Under the pieces are notes generated by a model. It searched no databases. It was not told the DNA's origin and worked only from the letters and a program-made list of their open reading frames with translations. DNA of 64,000 nucleotides from Eledone cirrhosa (taxonomy: Eukaryota): positions 28,706,001-28,770,000 of the forward strand of contig OZ024740.1 in assembly GCA_964016885.1 (NCBI GenBank), written 5' to 3'. The position numbers and the translations under genes are program-made. Shown here piece by piece: positions 28,701-43,700 of this stretch (position 1 is its first letter; every line of letters begins with the position of its first letter).

Positions 28701-31700
28701 ACAGTGTCAACAGCTGTCTTATATATGTGTCTACTGTGTTAACAGCTGTCTTATATATGTCTCTACTGTGCTAACAGCTGTCTTATATATGTGTCTACTG
28801 TGTTAACAGCTGTCTTATATATGTGTCTACTGTGTCAACAGCTGTCTTATATATGTGTCTACTGTGCTAACAGCTGTGTTATATATGCGTCTACTGTGTC
28901 AACAGCTGTCTTATATATGTGTCTACTGTGCTAACAGCTGTGTTATATATGTGTCTACTGTGTTAACAGCTGTCTTATATATGTGTCTACTGTGCTAACA
29001 GCTGTGTTATATATGTGTCTACTGTGTTAAGAGCTGTCTTATATATGTGTCTACTGTGCTAACAGCTGTCTTATATATGTGTCTACTGTGTTAACAGCTG
29101 TCTTATATATGTGTCTACTGTGTTAACAGCTGTCTTATATATGTGTCTACTGTGTCAACAGCTGTGTTATATATGTGTCTTCTGTGTTAACAGCTGTCTT
29201 ATATATGCGTCTACTGTGTTAACTGCTGTGTTATATATGTGTCTACTGTGTTAACAGCTGTCTTATATATGTGTCTACTGTGTTAACAGCTGTCTTATAC
29301 ATGTGTCTACTGTGTCAACAGCTGTGTTATATATGTGTCTACTGTGTCAACAGCTGTGTTATATATGTGTCTTCTGTGTTAACAGCTGTCTTATATATGC
29401 GTCTACTGTGTTAACTGCTGTGTTATATATGTGTCTACTGTGTTAACAGCTGTCTCATATATGTGTCTACTGTGTTAACAGCTGTCTTATACATGTGTCT
29501 ACTGTGTCAACAGCTGTGTTATATATGTGTCTACTGTGTTAACAGCTGTCTTATATATGTGTCTACTGTGTCAACAGCTGTCTTATATATGTGTCTACTG
29601 TGTTAACAGTTGTCTTATATATGTGTCTACTGTGCTAACAGCTGTCTTATATATGCGTCTACTGTGTTAACAGCTGTCTTATATATGTGTCTACTGTGTT
29701 AACAGCTGTCTTATATATGCGTCTACTGTGTTAACAGCTGTCTTATATATGTGTCTACTGTGTTAACAGCTGTCTTACATATGTGTGTACTGTGTCAACA
29801 GCTGTGTTATATATGTGTCTACTGTGTTAACAGCTGTCTTATATATGTGTCTACTGTGTTAACAGCTGTCTTATATATGTGTCTTCTGTGTTAACAGCTG
29901 TCTTATATATGTGTCTACTGTGTTAACAGCTGTCTTATATATGTGTCTACTGTGTTAACAGCTGTCTTACATATGTGTGTACTGTGTCAACAGCTGTGTT
30001 ATATATGTGTCTACTGTGTTAACAGCTGTCTTATATATGTGTCTACTGTGTTAACAGCTGTCTTATATATGTGTCTTCTGTGTTAACAGCTGTCTTATAT
30101 ATGTGTCTACTGTGTTAACAGCTGTGTTATATATGTGTCTACTGTGTCAACAGCTGTGTTATATATGTGTCTACTGTGTTAACATCTGTCTTACATATGT
30201 GTGTACTGTGTCAACAGCTGTGTTATATATTTGTCTACTGTGTTAACAGCTGTCTTATATATGTGTCTACTGTGCTAACAGCTGTCTTATATATGTGTCT
30301 ACTGTGTTAACAGATGTCTTATATATGTGTCTACTGTGCTAACAGCTGTCTTATATATGTGTCTACTGTGTTAACAGATGTCTTATATATGTGTCTACTG
30401 TGTTAACAGCTGTGTTATATATGTGTCTACTGTGTCAACAGCTGTCTTATATATGTGTCTACTGTGTTAACAGCTGTGTTATATATGTGTGTACTGTGCT
30501 AACAGCTGTGTTATATATGTGTCTACTGTGTTAACAGCTGTCTTATATATGTCTCTACTGTGTTAACAGCTGTCTTATATATGTGTCTTCTGTGTTAACA
30601 GCTGTCTTATATATGTCTCTACTGTGCTAACAGCTGTCTTATATATGTGTCTACTGTGTTAACAGCTGTCTTATATATGTGTCTACTGTGCTAACAGCTG
30701 TCTTATATATGTGTCTACTGTGTTAACAGCTGTCTTATATATGTGTCTACTGTGTTAACAGCTGTGTTATATATGTGTCTACTGTGCTAACAGCTGTCTT
30801 ATATATGTGTCTACAGTGTCAACAGCTGTCTTATATATCTGTCTACTGTGTCAACAGCTGTCTTATATATGTGTCTACTGTGCTAACAGCTGTCTTATAT
30901 ATGTGTCTACTGTGCTAACAGCTGTCTTATATATGTGTCTACAGTGTCAACAGCTGTCTTATATATGTGTCTACTGTGTTAACAGCTGTCTTATATATGT
31001 CTCTACTGTGCTAACAGCTGTCTTATATATGTGTCTACTGTGTTAACAGCTGTCTTATATATGTGTCTACTGTGTCAACAGCTGTCTTATATATGTGTCT
31101 ACTGTGCTAACAGCTGTGTTATATATGCGTCTACTGTGTCAACAGCTGTCTTATATATGTGTCTACTGTGCTAACAGCTGTGTTATATATGTGTCTACTG
31201 TGTTAACAGCTGTCTTATATATGTGTCTACTGTGCTAACAGCTGTGTGATATATGTGTCTACTGTGTTAAGAGCTGTCTTATATATGTGTCTACTGTGCT
31301 AACAGCTGTCTTATATATGTGTCTACTGTGTTAACAGCTGTCTTATATATGTGTCTACTGTGTTAACAGCTGTCTTATATATGTGTCTACTGTGTCAACA
31401 GCTGTGTTATATATGTGTCTTCTGTGTTAACAGCTGTCTTATATATGCGTCTACTGTGTTAACTGCTGTGTTATATATGTGTCTACTGTGTTAACAGCTG
31501 TCTTATATATGTGTCTACTGTGTTAACAGCTGTCTTATACATGTGTCTACTGTGTCAACAGCTGTGTTATATATGTGTCTACTGTGTTAACAGCTGTCTT
31601 ATATATGTGTCTACTGTGTCAACAGCTGTCTTATATATGTGTCTACTGTGTTAACAGCTGTCTTATATATGTGTCTACTGTGCTAACAGCTGTCTTATAT

Positions 31701-34700
31701 ATGCGTCTTCTGTGTTAACAGCTGTCTTATATATGTGTCTACTGTGTTAACAGCTGTCTTATATATGCGTCTACTGTGTTAACAGCTGTCTTATATATGC
31801 GTCTACTGTGTCAACAGCTGTCTTATATATGCGTCTTGTGTGTTAACAGCTGTCTTATATATGCGTCTACTGTGTCAAGAGCTGTCTTATATATGTGTCT
31901 ACTGTGTTAACAGCTGTCTTATATATGCGTCTACTGTGCTAACAGCTGTCTTATATATGTGTCTACTGTGTTAACAGCTGTCTTACATATGTGTGTACTG
32001 TGTCAACAGCTGTGTTATATATGTGTCTACTGTGTTAACAGCTGTCTTATATATGTGTCTACTGTGTTAACAGCTGTCTTATATATGTGTCTTCTGTGTT
32101 AACAGCTGTCTTATATATGTGTCTACTGTGTTAACAGCTGTCTTATATATGTGTCTACTGTGTTAACAGCTGTCTTACATATGTGTGTACTGTGTCAACA
32201 GCTGTGTTATATATTTGTCTACTGTGTTAACAGCTGTCTTATATATGTGTCTACTGTGCTAACAGCTGTCTTATATATGTGTCTACTGTGTTAACAGATG
32301 TCTTATATATGTGTCTACTGTGCTAACAGCTGTCTTATATATGTGTCTACTGTGTTAACAGATGTCTTATATATGTGTCTACTGTGTTAACAGCTGTGTT
32401 ATATATGTGTCTACTGTGTCAACAGCTGTCTTATATATGTGTCTACTGTGTTAACAGCTGTGTTATATATGTGTGTACTGTGCTAACAGCTGTGTTATAT
32501 ATGTGTCTACTGTGTTAACAGCTGTCTTATATATGTCTCTACTGTGTTAACAGCTGTCTTATATATGTGTCTTCTGTGTTAACAGCTGTCTTATATATGT
32601 CTCTACTGTGCTAACAGCTGTCTTATATATGTGTCTACTGTGTTAACAGCTGTCTTATATATGTGTCTACTGTGCTAACAGCTGTCTTATATATGTGTCT
32701 ACTGTGTTAACAGCTGTCTTATATATGTGTCTACTGTGTTAACAGCTGTGTTATATATGTGTCTACTGTGCTAACAGCTGTCTTATATATGTGTCTACAG
32801 TGTCAACAGCTGTCTTATATATCTGTCTACTGTGTCAACAGCTGTCTTATATATGTGTCTACTGTGCAAACATCTGTCTTATATATGTGTCTACTGTGCT
32901 AACAGCTGTCTTATATATGTGTCTACAGTGTCAACAGCTGTCTTATATATGTGTCTACTGTGTTAACAGCTGTCTTATATATGTCTCTACTGTGCTAACA
33001 GCTGTCTTATATATGTGTCTACTGTGTTAACAGCTGTCTTATATATGTGTCTACTGTGTCAACAGCTGTCTTATATATGTGTCTACTGTGCTAACAGCTG
33101 TGTTATATATGCGTCTACTGTGTCAACAGCTGTCTTATATATGTGTCTACTGTGCTAACAGCTGTGTTATATATGTGTCTACTGTGTTAACAGCTGTCTT
33201 ATATATGTGTCTACTGTGCTAACAGCTGTGTTATATATGTGTCTACTGTGTTAAGAGCTGTCTTATATATGTGTCTACTGTGCTAACAGCTGTCTTATAT
33301 ATGTGTCTACTGTGTTAACAGCTGTCTTATATATGTGTCTACTGTGTTAACAGCTGTCTTATATATGTGTCTACTGTGTCAACAGCTGTGTTATATATGT
33401 GTCTTCTGTGTTAACAGCTGTCTTATATATGCGTCTACTGTGTTAACTGCTGTGTTATATATGTGTCTACTGTGTTAACAGCTGTCTTATATATGTGTCT
33501 ACTGTGTTAACAGCTGTCTTATACATGTGTCTACTGTGTCAACAGCTGTGTTATATATGTGTCTACTGTGTTAACAGCTGTCTTATATATGTGTCTACTG
33601 TGTCAACAGCTGTCTTATATATGTGTCTACTGTGTTAACAGCTGTCTTATATATGTGTCTACTGTGCTAACAGCTGTCTTATATATGCGTCTTCTGTGTT
33701 AACAGCTGTCTTATATATGTGTCTACTGTGTTAACAGCTGTCTTATATATGCGTCTACTGTGTTAACAGCTGTCTTATATATGCGTCTACTGTGTCAACA
33801 GCTGTCTTATATATGCGTCTTGTGTGTTAACAGCTGTCTTATATATGCGTCTACTGTGTCAAGAGCTGTCTTATATATGTGTCTACTGTGTTAACAGCTG
33901 TCTTATATATGCGTCTACTGTGTTAACAGCTGTCTTATATATGTGTCTACTGTGTTAACAGCTGTCTTACATATGTGTGTACTGTGTCAACAGCTGTGTT
34001 ATATATGTGTCTACTGTGTTAACAGCTGTCTTATATATGTGTCTTCTGTGTTAACAGCTGTCTTATATATGTGTCTACTGTGTTAACAGCTGTCTTATAT
34101 ATGGGTCTACTGTGTTAACAGCTGTCTTACATATGTGTGTACTGTGTCAACAGCTGTGTTATATATGTGTCTACTGTGTTAACAGCTGTCTTATATATGT
34201 GTCTACTGTGTTAACAGCTGTCTTATATATGTGTCTTCTGTGTTAACAGCTGTCTTATATATGTGTCTACTGTGTTAACAGCTGTGTTATATATGTGTCT
34301 ACTGTGTCAACAGCTGTGTTATATATGTGTCTACTGTGTTAACATCTGTCTTACATATGTGTGTACTGTGTCAACAGCTGTGTTATATATTTGTCTACTG
34401 TGTTAACAGCTGTCTTATATATGTGTCTACTGTGCTAACAGCTGTCTTATATATGTGTCTACTGTGTTAACAGATGTCTTATATATGTGTCTACTGTGCT
34501 AACAGCTGTCTTATATATGTGTCTACTGTGTTAACAGATGTCTTATATATGTGTCTACTGTGTTAACAGCTGTGTTATATATGTGTCTACTGTGTCAACA
34601 GCTGTCTTATATATGTGTCTACTGTGTTAACAGCTGTGTTATATATGTGTGTACTGTGCTAACAGCTGTGTTATATATGTGTCTACTGTGTTAACAGCTG

Positions 34701-37700
34701 TCTTATATATGTCTCTACTGTGTTAACAGCTGTCTTATATATGTGTCTTCTGTGTTAACAGCTGTCTTATATATGTCTCTACTGTGCTAACAGCTGTCTT
34801 ATATATGTGTCTACTGTGTTAACAGCTGTCTTATATATGTGTCTACTGTGCTAACAGCTGTCTTATATATGTGTCTACTGTGTTAACAGCTGTCTTATAT
34901 ATGTGTCTACTGTGTTAACAGCTGTGTTATATATGTGTCTACTGTGCTAACAGCTGTCTTATATATGTGTCTACAGTGTCAACAGCTGTCTTATATATCT
35001 GTCTACTGTGTCAACAGCTGTCTTATATATGTGTCTACTGTGCTAACAGCTGTCTTATATATGTGTCTACTGTGCTAACAGCTGTCTTATATATGTGTCT
35101 ACAGTGTCAACAGCTGTCTTATATATGTGTCTACTGTGTTAACAGCTGTCTTATATATGTCTCTACTGTGCTAACAGCTGTCTTATATATGTGTCTACTG
35201 TGTTAACAGCTGTCTTATATATGTGTCTACTGTGTCAACAGCTGTCTTATATATGTGTCTACTGTGCTAACAGCTGTGTTATATATGCGTCTACTGTGTC
35301 AACAGCTGTCTTATATATGTGTCTACTGTGCTAACAGCTGTGTTATATATGTGTCTACTGTGTTAACAGCTGTCTTATATATGTGTCTACTGTGCTAACA
35401 GCTGTGTTATATATGTGTCTACTGTGTTAAGAGCTGTCTTATATATGTGTCTACTGTGCTAACAGCTGTCTTATATATGTGTCTACTGTGTTAACAGCTG
35501 TCTTATATATGTGTCTACTGTGTTAACAGCTGTCTTATATATGTGTCTACTGTGCTAACAGCTGTGTTATATATGTGTCTACTGTGTTAACAGCTGTCTT
35601 ATATATGTGTCTACTGTGCTAACAGCTGTGTTATATATGTGTCTACTGTGTTAAGAGCTGTCTTATATATGTGTCTACTGTGCTAACAGCTGTCTTATAT
35701 ATGTGTCTACTGTGTTAACAGCTGTCTTATATATGTGTCTACTGTGTTAACAGCTGTCTTATATATGTGTCTACTGTGTCAACAGCTGTGTTATATATGT
35801 GTCTTCTGTGTTAACAGCTGTCTTATATATGCGTCTACTGTGTTAACTGCTGTGTTATATATGTGTCTACTGTGTTAACAGCTGTCTTATATATGTGTCT
35901 ACTGTGTTAACAGCTGTCTTATACATGTGTCTACTGTGTCAACAGCTGTGTTATATATGTGTCTACTGTGTTAACAGCTGTCTTATATATGTGTCTACTG
36001 TGTCAACAGCTGTCTTATATATGTGTCTACTGTGTTAACAGCTGTCTTATATATGTGTCTACTGTGCTAACAGCTGTCTTATATATGCGTCTTCTGTGTT
36101 AACAGCTGTCTTATATATGTGTCTACTGTGTTAACAGCTGTCTTATATATGCGTCTACTGTGTTAACAGCTGTCTTATATATGCGTCTACTGTGTCAACA
36201 GCTGTCTTATATATGCGTCTTGTGTGTTAACAGCTGTCTTATATATGCGTCTACTGTGTCAAGAGCTGTCTTATATATGTGTCTACTGTGTTAACAGCTG
36301 TCTTATATATGCGTCTACTGTGTTAACAGCTGTCTTATATATGTGTCTACTGTGTTAACAGCTGTCTTACATATGTGTGTACTGTGTCAACAGCTGTGTT
36401 ATATATGTGTCTACTGTGTTAACAGCTGTCTTATATATGTGTCTTCTGTGTTAACAGCTGTCTTATATATGTGTCTACTGTGTTAACAGCTGTCTTATAT
36501 ATGGGTCTACTGTGTTAACAGCTGTCTTACATATGTGTGTACTGTGTCAACAGCTGTGTTATATATGTGTCTACTGTGTTAACAGCTGTCTTATATATGT
36601 GTCTACTGTGTTAACAGCTGTCTTATATATGTGTCTTCTGTGTTAACAGCTGTCTTATATATGTGTCTACTGTGTTAACAGCTGTGTTATATATGTGTCT
36701 ACTGTGTCAACAGCTGTGTTATATATGTGTCTACTGTGTTAACATCTGTCTTACATATGTGTGTACTGTGTCAACAGCTGTGTTATATATTTGTCTACTG
36801 TGTTAACAGCTGTCTTATATATGTGTCTACTGTGCTAACAGCTGTCTTATATATGTGTCTACTGTGTTAACAGATGTCTTATATATGTGTCTACTGTGCT
36901 AACAGCTGTCTTATATATGTGTCTACTGTGTTAACAGATGTCTTATATATGTGTCTACTGTGTTAACAGCTGTGTTATATATGTGTCTACTGTGTCAACA
37001 GCTGTCTTATATATGTGTCTACTGTGTTAACAGCTGTGTTATATATGTGTGTACTGTGCTAACAGCTGTGTTATATATGTGTCTACTGTGTTAACAGCTG
37101 TCTTATATATGTCTCTACTGTGTTAACAGCTGTCTTATATATGTGTCTTCTGTGTTAACAGCTGTCTTATATATGTCTCTACTGTGCTAACAGCTGTCTT
37201 ATATATGTGTCTACTGTGTTAACAGCTGTCTTATATATGTGTCTACTGTGCTAACAGCTGTCTTATATATGTGTCTACTGTGTTAACAGCTGTCTTATAT
37301 ATGTGTCTACTGTGTTAACAGCTGTGTTATATATGTGTCTACTGTGCTAACAGCTGTCTTATATATGTGTCTACAGTGTCAACAGCTGTCTTATATATCT
37401 GTCTACTGTGTCAACAGCTGTCTTATATATGTGTCTACTGTGCTAACAGCTGTCTTATATATGTGTCTACTGTGCTAACAGCTGTCTTATATATGTGTCT
37501 ACAGTGTCAACAGCTGTCTTATATATGTGTCTACTGTGTTAACAGCTGTCTTATATATGTCTCTACTGTGCTAACAGCTGTCTTATATATGTGTCTACTG
37601 TGTTAACAGCTGTCTTATATATGTGTCTACTGTGTCAACAGCTGTCTTATATATGTGTCTACTGTGCTAACAGCTGTGTTATATATGCGTCTACTGTGTC

Positions 37701-40700
37701 AACAGCTGTCTTATATATGTGTCTACTGTGCTAACAGCTGTGTTATATATGTGTCTACTGTGTTAACAGCTGTCTTATATATGTGTCTACTGTGCTAACA
37801 GCTGTGTTATATATGTGTCTACTGTGTTAAGAGCTGTCTTATATATGTGTCTACTGTGCTAACAGCTGTCTTATATATGTGTCTACTGTGTTAACAGCTG
37901 TCTTATATATGTGTCTACTGTGTTAACAGCTGTCTTATATATGTGTCTACTGTGTCAACAGCTGTGTTATATATGTGTCTTCTGTGTTAACAGCTGTCTT
38001 ATATATGCGTCTACTGTGTTAACTGCTGTGTTATATATGTGTCTACTGTGTTAACAGCTGTCTTATATATGTGTCTACTGTGTTAACAGCTGTCTTATAC
38101 ATGTGTCTACTGTGTCAACAGCTGTGTTATATATGTGTCTACTGTGTCAACAGCTGTGTTATATATGTGTCTTCTGTGTTAACAGCTGTCTTATATATGC
38201 GTCTACTGTGTTAACTGCTGTGTTATATATGTGTCTACTGTGTTAACAGCTGTCTCATATATGTGTCTACTGTGTTAACAGCTGTCTTATACATGTGTCT
38301 ACTGTGTCAACAGCTGTGTTATATATGTGTCTACTGTGTTAACAGCTGTCTTATATATGTGTCTACTGTGTCAACAGCTGTCTTATATATGTGTCTACTG
38401 TGTTAACAGTTGTCTTATATATGTGTCTACTGTGCTAACAGCTGTCTTATATATGCGTCTACTGTGTTAACAGCTGTCTTATATATGTGTCTACTGTGTT
38501 AACAGCTGTCTTATATATGCGTCTACTGTGTTAACAGCTGTCTTATATATGTGTCTACTGTGTTAACAGCTGTCTTACATATGTGTGTACTGTGTCAACA
38601 GCTGTGTTATATATGTGTCTACTGTGTTAACAGCTGTCTTATATATGTGTCTACTGTGTTAACAGCTGTCTTATATATGTGTCTTCTGTGTTAACAGCTG
38701 TCTTATATATGTGTCTACTGTGTTAACAGCTGTCTTATATATGTGTCTACTGTGTTAACAGCTGTCTTACATATGTGTGTACTGTGTCAACAGCTGTGTT
38801 ATATATGTGTCTACTGTGTTAACAGCTGTCTTATATATGTGTCTACTGTGCTAACAGCTGTGTGATATATGTGTCTACTGTGTTAAGAGCTGTCTTATAT
38901 ATGTGTCTACTGTGCTAACAGCTGTCTTATATATGTGTCTACTGTGTTAACAGCTGTCTTATATATGTGTCTACTGTGTTAACAGCTGTCTTATATATGT
39001 GTCTACTGTGTCAACAGCTGTGTTATATATGTGTCTTCTGTGTTAACAGCTGTCTTATATATGCGTCTACTGTGTTAACTGCTGTGTTATATATGTGTCT
39101 ACTGTGTTAACAGCTGTCTTATATATGTGTCTACTGTGTTAACAGCTGTCTTATACATGTGTCTACTGTGTCAACAGCTGTGTTATATATGTGTCTACTG
39201 TGTTAACAGCTGTCTTATATATGTGTCTACTGTGTCAACAGCTGTCTTATATATGTGTCTACTGTGTTAACAGCTGTCTTATATATGTGTCTACTGTGCT
39301 AACAGCTGTCTTATATATGCGTCTTCTGTGTTAACAGCTGTCTTATATATGTGTCTACTGTGTTAACAGCTGTCTTATATATGCGTCTACTGTGTTAACA
39401 GCTGTCTTATATATGCGTCTACTGTGTCAACAGCTGTCTTATATATGCGTCTTGTGTGTTAACAGCTGTCTTATATATGCGTCTACTGTGTCAAGAGCTG
39501 TCTTATATATGTGTCTACTGTGTTAACAGCTGTCTTATATATGCGTCTACTGTGCTAACAGCTGTCTTATATATGTGTCTACTGTGTTAACAGCTGTCTT
39601 ACATATGTGTGTACTGTGTCAACAGCTGTGTTATATATGTGTCTACTGTGTTAACAGCTGTCTTATATATGTGTCTACTGTGTTAACAGCTGTCTTATAT
39701 ATGTGTCTTCTGTGTTAACAGCTGTCTTATATATGTGTCTACTGTGTTAACAGCTGTCTTATATATGTGTCTACTGTGTTAACAGCTGTCTTACATATGT
39801 GTGTACTGTGTCAACAGCTGTGTTATATATTTGTCTACTGTGTTAACAGCTGTCTTATATATGTGTCTACTGTGCTAACAGCTGTCTTATATATGTGTCT
39901 ACTGTGTTAACAGATGTCTTATATATGTGTCTACTGTGCTAACAGCTGTCTTATATATGTGTCTACTGTGTTAACAGATGTCTTATATATGTGTCTACTG
40001 TGTTAACAGCTGTGTTATATATGTGTCTACTGTGTCAACAGCTGTCTTATATATGTGTCTACTGTGTTAACAGCTGTGTTATATATGTGTGTACTGTGCT
40101 AACAGCTGTGTTATATATGTGTCTACTGTGTTAACAGCTGTCTTATATATGTCTCTACTGTGTTAACAGCTGTCTTATATATGTGTCTTCTGTGTTAACA
40201 GCTGTCTTATATATGTCTCTACTGTGCTAACAGCTGTCTTATATATGTGTCTACTGTGTTAACAGCTGTCTTATATATGTGTCTACTGTGCTAACAGCTG
40301 TCTTATATATGTGTCTACTGTGTTAACAGCTGTCTTATATATGTGTCTACTGTGTTAACAGCTGTGTTATATATGTGTCTACTGTGCTAACAGCTGTCTT
40401 ATATATGTGTCTACAGTGTCAACAGCTGTCTTATATATCTGTCTACTGTGTCAACAGCTGTCTTATATATGTGTCTACTGTGCAAACATCTGTCTTATAT
40501 ATGTGTCTACTGTGCTAACAGCTGTCTTATATATGTGTCTACAGTGTCAACAGCTGTCTTATATATGTGTCTACTGTGTTAACAGCTGTCTTATATATGT
40601 CTCTACTGTGCTAACAGCTGTCTTATATATGTGTCTACTGTGTTAACAGCTGTCTTATATATGTGTCTACTGTGTCAACAGCTGTCTTATATATGTGTCT

Positions 40701-43700
40701 ACTGTGCTAACAGCTGTGTTATATATGCGTCTACTGTGTCAACAGCTGTCTTATATATGTGTCTACTGTGCTAACAGCTGTGTTATATATGTGTCTACTG
40801 TGTTAACAGCTGTCTTATATATGTGTCTACTGTGCTAACAGCTGTGTTATATATGTGTCTACTGTGTTAAGAGCTGTCTTATATATGTGTCTACTGTGCT
40901 AACAGCTGTCTTATATATGTGTCTACTGTGTTAACAGCTGTCTTATATATGTGTCTACTGTGTTAACAGCTGTCTTATATATGTGTCTACTGTGTCAACA
41001 GCTGTGTTATATATGTGTCTTCTGTGTTAACAGCTGTCTTATATATGCGTCTACTGTGTTAACTGCTGTGTTATATATGTGTCTACTGTGTTAACAGCTG
41101 TCTTATATATGTGTCTACTGTGTTAACAGCTGTCTTATACATGTGTCTACTGTGTCAACAGCTGTGTTATATATGTGTCTACTGTGTTAACAGCTGTCTT
41201 ATATATGTGTCTACTGTGTCAACAGCTGTCTTATATATGTGTCTACTGTGTTAACAGCTGTCTTATATATGTGTCTACTGTGCTAACAGCTGTCTTATAT
41301 ATGCGTCTTCTGTGTTAACAGCTGTCTTATATATGTGTCTACTGTGTTAACAGCTGTCTTATATATGCGTCTACTGTGTTAACAGCTGTCTTATATATGC
41401 GTCTACTGTGTCAACAGCTGTCTTATATATGCGTCTTGTGTGTTAACAGCTGTCTTATATATGCGTCTACTGTGTCAAGAGCTGTCTTATATATGTGTCT
41501 ACTGTGTTAACAGCTGTCTTATATATGCGTCTACTGTGTTAACAGCTGTCTTATATATGTGTCTACTGTGTTAACAGCTGTCTTACATATGTGTGTACTG
41601 TGTCAACAGCTGTGTTATATATGTGTCTACTGTGTTAACAGCTGTCTTATATATGTGTCTTCTGTGTTAACAGCTGTCTTATATATGTGTCTACTGTGTT
41701 AACAGCTGTCTTATATATGGGTCTACTGTGTTAACAGCTGTCTTACATATGTGTGTACTGTGTCAACAGCTGTGTTATATATGTGTCTACTGTGTTAACA
41801 GCTGTCTTATATATGTGTCTACTGTGTTAACAGCTGTCTTATATATGTGTCTTCTGTGTTAACAGCTGTCTTATATATGTGTCTACTGTGTTAACAGCTG
41901 TGTTATATATGTGTCTACTGTGTCAACAGCTGTGTTATATATGTGTCTACTGTGTTAACATCTGTCTTACATATGTGTGTACTGTGTCAACAGCTGTGTT
42001 ATATATTTGTCTACTGTGTTAACAGCTGTCTTATATATGTGTCTACTGTGCTAACAGCTGTCTTATATATGTGTCTACTGTGTTAACAGATGTCTTATAT
42101 ATGTGTCTACTGTGCTAACAGCTGTCTTATATATGTGTCTACTGTGTTAACAGATGTCTTATATATGTGTCTACTGTGTTAACAGCTGTGTTATATATGT
42201 GTCTACTGTGTCAACAGCTGTCTTATATATGTGTCTACTGTGTTAACAGCTGTGTTATATATGTGTGTACTGTGCTAACAGCTGTGTTATATATGTGTCT
42301 ACTGTGTTAACAGCTGTCTTATATATGTCTCTACTGTGTTAACAGCTGTCTTATATATGTGTCTTCTGTGTTAACAGCTGTCTTATATATGTCTCTACTG
42401 TGCTAACAGCTGTCTTATATATGTGTCTACTGTGTTAACAGCTGTCTTATATATGTGTCTACTGTGCTAACAGCTGTCTTATATATGTGTCTACTGTGTT
42501 AACAGCTGTCTTATATATGTGTCTACTGTGTTAACAGCTGTGTTATATATGTGTCTACTGTGCTAACAGCTGTCTTATATATGTGTCTACAGTGTCAACA
42601 GCTGTCTTATATATCTGTCTACTGTGTCAACAGCTGTCTTATATATGTGTCTACTGTGCTAACAGCTGTCTTATATATGTGTCTACTGTGCTAACAGCTG
42701 TCTTATATATGTGTCTACAGTGTCAACAGCTGTCTTATATATGTGTCTACTGTGTTAACAGCTGTCTTATATATGTCTCTACTGTGCTAACAGCTGTCTT
42801 ATATATGTGTCTACTGTGTTAACAGCTGTCTTATATATGTGTCTACTGTGTCAACAGCTGTCTTATATATGTGTCTACTGTGCTAACAGCTGTGTTATAT
42901 ATGCGTCTACTGTGTCAACAGCTGTCTTATATATGTGTCTACTGTGCTAACAGCTGTGTTATATATGTGTCTACTGTGTTAACAGCTGTCTTATATATGT
43001 GTCTACTGTGCTAACAGCTGTGTTATATATGTGTCTACTGTGTTAAGAGCTGTCTTATATATGTGTCTACTGTGCTAACAGCTGTCTTATATATGTGTCT
43101 ACTGTGTTAACAGCTGTCTTATATATGTGTCTACTGTGTTAACAGCTGTCTTATATATGTGTCTACTGTGTCAACAGCTGTGTTATATATGTGTCTTCTG
43201 TGTTAACAGCTGTCTTATATATGCGTCTACTGTGTTAACTGCTGTGTTATATATGTGTCTACTGTGTTAACAGCTGTCTTATATATGTGTCTACTGTGTT
43301 AACAGCTGTCTTATACATGTGTCTACTGTGTCAACAGCTGTGTTATATATGTGTCTACTGTGTCAACAGCTGTGTTATATATGTGTCTTCTGTGTTAACA
43401 GCTGTCTTATATATGCGTCTACTGTGTTAACTGCTGTGTTATATATGTGTCTACTGTGTTAACAGCTGTCTCATATATGTGTCTACTGTGTTAACAGCTG
43501 TCTTATACATGTGTCTACTGTGTCAACAGCTGTGTTATATATGTGTCTACTGTGTTAACAGCTGTCTTATATATGTGTCTACTGTGTCAACAGCTGTCTT
43601 ATATATGTGTCTACTGTGTTAACAGTTGTCTTATATATGTGTCTACTGTGCTAACAGCTGTCTTATATATGCGTCTACTGTGTTAACAGCTGTCTTATAT